DNA from: Dubosiella newyorkensis
GTDB lineage: Bacteria > Bacillota_I > Bacilli_A > Erysipelotrichales > Erysipelotrichaceae
NCBI RefSeq assembly: GCF_001945605.1
Contig: NZ_MPKA01000022.1
Location: 1 to 19,537, forward strand
DNA: 19,537 bases
Reading direction: 5' to 3'
Below, piece after piece: positions 16,449 through 19,537 of this stretch; the stretch's first letter is position 1, and each line of letters opens with the position of its first letter. The position numbers were made by a program, and so were the translations under genes. Below the pieces are notes generated by a model. The model was not told the DNA's origin. It did no database searches and saw nothing but the letters and a program-made list of their open reading frames with translations.

Positions 16449-16477
16449 ATACTATCAAAGCGACTCAAAGTTGTCAA
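16449..16477 (-). promoter_or_regulatory. Promoter of the Val-Tyr-Gln-Gly tRNA operon (TTGACA-17-TGaTAGTAT)
   Basis: It has a consensus -35 and an extended -10, read on the minus strand. The promoter lies inside the last 8 codons and stop of the upstream 152-aa ORF. It is about 14-20 nt upstream of tRNA-Val. Confidence 0.6.
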
Positions 16478-16913
16478 ACATATTTTCTAATTTTTTTAAA
16501 AATTCTTTGGATCGGATTTTTATCGCCATTTGAAGCAATGCGAAAAGCGTTGTTTTCGAGATCCTTTTTTCCATTTTGACAAGCCGGTCGTCATGAAACA
16601 AAAATAAATACGAATACACGATTTCTCTTTTCTTTCCAAATACGACTTTTGTTTTGTAAGCCCCCAGCGCTTCGATCATTTCTTTCGATTCATGCCATAA
16701 AAAATTCGTTTGATATACGGCAGCGATCCGATCCATATCCGCTTGTGGCTGTAGGGTGTAGATCCGAACCGAAAGCTGCAGCTTTTCAAAAACCGGAACA
16801 CATTTTAAAAGCAGCAGGATGTACTTCATCGTTTTTTCGCTGTCAATATCCGAGAGCGTAACCACTAAAGACAAATTTTCATTTTTTAAGTCGAGTAAGC
16901 AAGTTTGTTCCAT
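16455..16913 (-). CDS. Hypothetical protein, 152 aa, no family recognised
   Basis: This is the only long ORF in an otherwise empty 480-bp interval, and its K/L/E-rich composition looks plausible. No SD is present. The ATG lies 8 nt after a TGaTACAAT extended -10, so the mRNA may be leaderless. There is a loose resemblance to redoxin-fold topology, without the catalytic Cys motif. Confidence 0.55.
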   Translation of the reverse strand: MEQTCLLDLKNENLSLVVTLSDIDSEKTMKYILLLLKCVPVFEKLQLSVRIYTLQPQADMDRIAAVYQTNFLWHESKEMIEALGAYKTKVVFGKKREIVYSYLFLFHDDRLVKMEKRISKTTLFALLQMAIKIRSKEFLKKLENMFDNFESL

Positions 16914-16978
16914 GTTTATTTATTGTATCATAGTAAAATATGCGCTACTATAAAAAAAACAAGAAACGGAGGACCTCT

Positions 16979-17947
16979 ATGATTTACGCAGGCATTGATT
17001 TAGGCGCCAATTCTATCCGCCTATTCACCTTAGAAGAAGGCCTACTCTTCGATGAGCCATGCATGGTAGCCATCGATCAAAAATCGCACGTCCTGGCGAT
17101 CGGCAAAGAAGCCTATGAAATGAAAGGAATGCAAGATGAGCAAGTTCGGGTGATTTCCCCGATCCAAGACAACCAAGTCGACATTCAAGTCTTGGAGCTC
17201 TTGCTCGAGCAGCTATGCTTTCAATATAAGATCTTTCGAGTATTTACAAAAACGACAATTTTGTTTTCTTATCCCACAAGCCTCTCGAATGAAGCTTGCG
17301 AAGAGATCAAGAACACATTGATCCAGCTTGGCGCTCACCAAGTATTTTACGATAGAGAAATATGGTTTACCGCGCTTGGAAGCCAACTCAACTTATCTCT
17401 TCCAAAAGCGTGCTGTATCATGAATGTTGGCTCCAGCAATTGTGATATTGCCCTTTTTTCCAACAGCCAGATGGTCCGCTATCAAATTGGAGAAATCACG
17501 GGCCAAGTGATCGGCGTCGCGATTTCGTCCTGGCTTTACCAACAAAAAAAGTTGCTCGTCACCGAGAATACACTTGAAGAGATCATTCGAACAGGAGGAT
17601 CGATCCTACAAGAAAAAGAGGCGCTTCTCATTCCTGTTGTAGGGATCGATTCTCAAACCAAGACTCCAAAAAACATCCAGATCTCCGAAAACGAAATCGC
17701 CATTCTTCTCGAGCCGTTGGCTCTTTCGCTAGCCAACTGGATCACCGATTTTTTACGATCTCTTTCGATCCAAGAACAAAAAGATGTCGTGAACCGCGGG
17801 ATCGTTTGCGCTGGCGGGATCATGCGTCTAAAAGGAATGGTCGCCTATTTACAAGACAAGATCGGCTGTCCGATCTATTTGATGGATGATCCGATCTATG
17901 CGACCTTGCATGGAATGGAAATCGTTTTACAGCAGCTATCGATGTAG
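16979..17947 (+). CDS. MreB-like actin-family protein (divergent paralog)
   Basis: N-terminal region is GIDLGANSIRLF..EEGLLFDEPCMVAIDQKSHVLAIGKEAYEMKG. C-terminal region is RGIVCAGGIMRLKGMVAYLQDKIGCPIYLMDDPIYATLHGMEIVL. Both align to MreB signatures. A GGAGGA RBS lies 5 nt before the ATG at 16979. The upstream ATG at 16940 lacks an RBS. Confidence 0.8.
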   Translation: MIYAGIDLGANSIRLFTLEEGLLFDEPCMVAIDQKSHVLAIGKEAYEMKGMQDEQVRVISPIQDNQVDIQVLELLLEQLCFQYKIFRVFTKTTILFSYPTSLSNEACEEIKNTLIQLGAHQVFYDREIWFTALGSQLNLSLPKACCIMNVGSSNCDIALFSNSQMVRYQIGEITGQVIGVAISSWLYQQKKLLVTENTLEEIIRTGGSILQEKEALLIPVVGIDSQTKTPKNIQISENEIAILLEPLALSLANWITDFLRSLSIQEQKDVVNRGIVCAGGIMRLKGMVAYLQDKIGCPIYLMDDPIYATLHGMEIVLQQLSM

Positions 17948-17972
17948 AAAAAACCGCAAACGCGGTTTTTTT
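17948..17972. terminator. Bidirectional terminator between the MreB-like gene and the convergent small ORF
   Basis: AAAAAACCGC-AAAC-GCGGTTTTTTT. It begins directly after the plus-strand stop and overlaps the minus-strand stop at 17971-17973. Confidence 0.8.
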
Positions 17973-18237
17973 ATGACTGCTCTGTTCCTTCGATCATGTT
18001 TTCTTCAGCTTGTTCTTGATTTTCTTCTTGCTGACTCTGTGATCCTTCTTCATCGACTTGAGAATCGTTTTCAGGCGCTTTCTCTTCGTTTCCAGTCGTA
18101 TTTTCGGTTGTTTGGTCTTCTTGAATTTGCTGTTCTTCTTGACTTTCGCCTTTATTGCCGGCCCAAATGGCTGCGACCAGAGCGATCACAACGATAACCA
18201 CGACAAGGACTGTGATCCATGTTTTCTTTTTTTCCAT
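17971..18237 (-). CDS. Small membrane-anchored protein with an acidic low-complexity tail
   Basis: 88 aa. MEKKK is followed by a TM segment (TWITVLVVVIVVIALVAAIW) and then an E/Q/D/N-rich tail. A strong TAAGGAGG RBS lies 6 nt upstream. Confidence 0.7.
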   Translation of the reverse strand: MEKKKTWITVLVVVIVVIALVAAIWAGNKGESQEEQQIQEDQTTENTTGNEEKAPENDSQVDEEGSQSQQEENQEQAEENMIEGTEQS

Positions 18238-18355
18238 AATTGCCTCCTTAAATTGCTACCCTTTCTCACAAATCGAGGCCTTTCTTTACCTTCACCCTCA
18301 TTATAGTCTTGCTTTTGAAGAAACCCTAAAGAGATGAACGAAAAGACGATCCATT

Positions 18356-19117
18356 CTAATGTTCGACCAGCATGAACTCTTCATCGATTTCCATCGAGCT
18401 TTCCCCTTCTTCTGAAATGATCGTATCGAAGGTGGAGAGAGCTTCGAATTTACAAAAGCCAAGCACATTCATTTTCGACTGGTCGACCAGCAAATATGTA
18501 CGCGTCGCATTTTGCAGCGCGATCTTTTTTATTTCTCGTGAACTCATCTCGGCTGTATACGCCATCCCCGTTTTTTGATCAATGCCAGCGCACCCGATAA
18601 AAGCCACATCAAATTGAAATTGAGCGATCTCATTTTGAGCCATGCTTCCCATTCCCATCGCATACTTCGAAGAGTAGTCTCCACCAATCACAATGATCTG
18701 CGCTTTGGGGCGATTCAATTGGGCCACCGCCAAATAATTATGTGTCACGATCGTTACCGGTCTATATTGCAGCATTCCCATAAGAGGCACGAGTGTTGTT
18801 CCCCCATCCAAAAAGATACAGTCTCCATCTTTGACCTTTTTAGCGGCCAACTTGCAGATTTTCACTTTTTCCGGATAATTGATATCCATCCGTTGGTACA
18901 TATCGGTTTCTTTGTGGCCATTCAAGACATTTTGTCCTGTATTTTTCACAGCGCCTCCATGAATCCGTTTCAGCTTTCCTTGAAGTTCTAGCTCTTTGAG
19001 ATCTCTTCGGATCGTTGATTCAGAAACTCCCAATTCTTCAGCGATCGCTTTGACCTGCAAAATCTTGTTTTCATTGATCGTATCAAGTAAATAAATTATT
19101 CTTTCTTTTGTCTGCAT
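18356..19117 (-). CDS. DeoR-family transcriptional regulator
   Basis: The N-terminal HTH is ...VKAIAEELGVSESTIRRDLKELELQGKLKRIHGGA. A C-terminal DeoR sugar-phosphate-binding-type domain follows. The ATG at 19117 is preferred over the TTG at 19123 on RBS spacing. Confidence 0.9.
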   Translation of the reverse strand: MQTKERIIYLLDTINENKILQVKAIAEELGVSESTIRRDLKELELQGKLKRIHGGAVKNTGQNVLNGHKETDMYQRMDINYPEKVKICKLAAKKVKDGDCIFLDGGTTLVPLMGMLQYRPVTIVTHNYLAVAQLNRPKAQIIVIGGDYSSKYAMGMGSMAQNEIAQFQFDVAFIGCAGIDQKTGMAYTAEMSSREIKKIALQNATRTYLLVDQSKMNVLGFCKFEALSTFDTIISEEGESSMEIDEEFMLVEH

Positions 19118-19141
19118 ATCCAATTCCTATCATTATTATTT

Positions 19142-19169
19142 ATTATACGAGATTAGAAATCGTTCTCAA
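19142..19169 (-). promoter_or_regulatory. Promoter of the DeoR regulator gene (TTGAGA-16-TATAAT)
   Basis: The hexamers are read on the minus strand. The -10 lies about 25 nt upstream of the ATG. Confidence 0.55.
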
Positions 19170-19236
19170 AGCTGTTCCGTTATTTTAGTCCAACGAATTG
19201 ATTTGCTTTCAATAAGACAATGTGTTTAAATAGGGG

Positions 19237-19361
19237 AACAGTCAGTATACTCCATCGCTGACTGTTACAGCCAACGAAAGTATTTGTCCCATCAACAGAT
19301 GTTTTCAACTCTCCCGAAAGCTACCAGGTTTTATCCTCCTTTGGTAGCTTTTACTTTTTTT
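19237..19361 (+). ncRNA. Candidate small RNA (about 125 nt): 5' hairpin, C-rich single-stranded region, terminator
   Basis: A putative promoter TTGCTT-17-TGtTTAAAT spans 19203-19231. Hairpin AACAGTCAG/CTGACTGTT spans 19237-19266. C-rich motifs are GTCCC (19286-19290) and CTCCC (19311-19315). CCTCC (19335-19339) sits in the loop of a 10-bp terminator stem. No plus-strand gene lies upstream for it to terminate, and it holds no credible ORF. Confidence 0.35.
19317..19361 (+). terminator. Rho-independent terminator (3' end of the candidate sRNA)
   Basis: AAAGCTACCA (19317-19326) pairs with TGGTAGCTTT (19342-19351) around a 15-nt loop. It is followed by TACTTTTTTT. No T-run follows on the minus strand. 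Confidence 0.6.
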
Positions 19362-19439
19362 AAAAAAATTTTGCGAAAAGCGTTGACAGAATTAGATTCT
19401 CGATATATTCCCTGACTTTAAGAGATGATTTTCAAAAAT

Positions 19440-19486
19440 GGTGCTAAGGAAGCGGTGTAAACCGATATCCCAGCACCTTTTTTATT
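19440..19486 (+). terminator. Terminator-like hairpin plus T-run, strand assignment ambiguous
   Basis: GGTGCT (19440-19445) pairs with AGCACC (19472-19477). An inner CGGT-GTAA-ACCG stem carries a GNRA tetraloop. TTTTTTATTT follows on the plus strand, and ATTTTTG follows on the minus strand. Confidence 0.5.
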
Positions 19487-19537
19487 TGCCCCTTCGTTAA
19501 AAAATAATTATTGAGAGGCAGCGAATAATATTTGCAC

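Noticed and set aside
16940-16978. Upstream ATG extending the MreB-like protein by 13 residues (MRYYKKNKKRRTS)
   Set aside because: It has no RBS. The GGAGGA SD lies within this extension and serves the ATG at 16979, which aligns with the MreB N-terminus.
17886-18337. Plus-strand ORFs (103, 82 and 60 aa) across the small acidic-protein locus
   Set aside because: They are antisense to an ORF with a near-perfect RBS and a clear TM anchor. They cross a strong bidirectional terminator and lack start signals.
19440-19477. Resemblance of the GGTGCT...AAGGAAGC...GNRA...AGCACC hairpin to SRP RNA helix 8
   Set aside because: In SRP RNA the conserved GGAAGCAG segment lies 3' of the tetraloop. Here the similar string is on the 5' side, and the reverse strand does not fit either. 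The rest of an SRP RNA is absent.
19124-19537. Type I toxin-antitoxin locus (small hydrophobic peptide plus antisense RNA) in the structured intergenic region
   Set aside because: The small ORFs found on both strands (for example MFSTLPKATRFYPPLVAF..., MGQILSLAVTVSDGVY, MVLRKRCKPISQHLFYLPLR) lack an SD and lack a convincing transmembrane segment.
1-19537. CRISPR arrays, tandem repeats, prophage or integrase signatures, rRNA genes
   Set aside because: None were seen by eye. The only repeated elements are short terminator stems and promoter hexamers. A proper repeat finder was not run, so short dispersed repeats could have been missed.

Overview
This window looks like a low-GC Gram-positive (Bacillota-type) chromosomal segment. 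That call rests on AAGGAGG-type ribosome-binding sites and on DivIB, Asp23/YloV, sortase B and HU. It is mostly housekeeping and mostly transcribed on the minus strand.

Gene content, left to right:
- The right end of an IS66-family element: the transposase C-terminus, with the terminal inverted repeat ending at nt 366.
- yloU(asp23)-yloV.
- A truncated dcw-like block, nagB / srtB-murG-murB-divIB.
- Mannose-family PTS EIIB and EIIA genes, separated by an AraC-family regulator, with no EIIC/EIID present.
- A LacX/GalM-like epimerase.
- A tightly packed operon of CBS-pyrophosphatase, pepT, malic enzyme and patatin.
- hup.
- Five tRNAs: Thr on the plus strand, and Val-Tyr-Gln-Gly on the minus strand.
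- A 152-aa hypothetical gene, divergent from a stand-alone MreB-like gene with degenerate nucleotide-binding motifs.
- A small membrane-anchored acidic protein.
- A DeoR regulator.
- A roughly 410-bp non-coding tail holding two promoter/hairpin/T-run units.

I found no CRISPR array, no recognisable defence or toxin-antitoxin system, and no large repeats. I do not think a clear-cut novel multi-gene system is demonstrable here.

The items most worth a second look are:
- a candidate C-rich small RNA at about 19237-19361;
- the motif-degenerate orphan MreB paralog and its divergent partner;
- the transporter-less split EIIA/EIIB pair around the AraC regulator;
- the translational coupling of sortase B to murG.

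All functional calls come from reading the translated ORFs against remembered family motifs. No database search was run.
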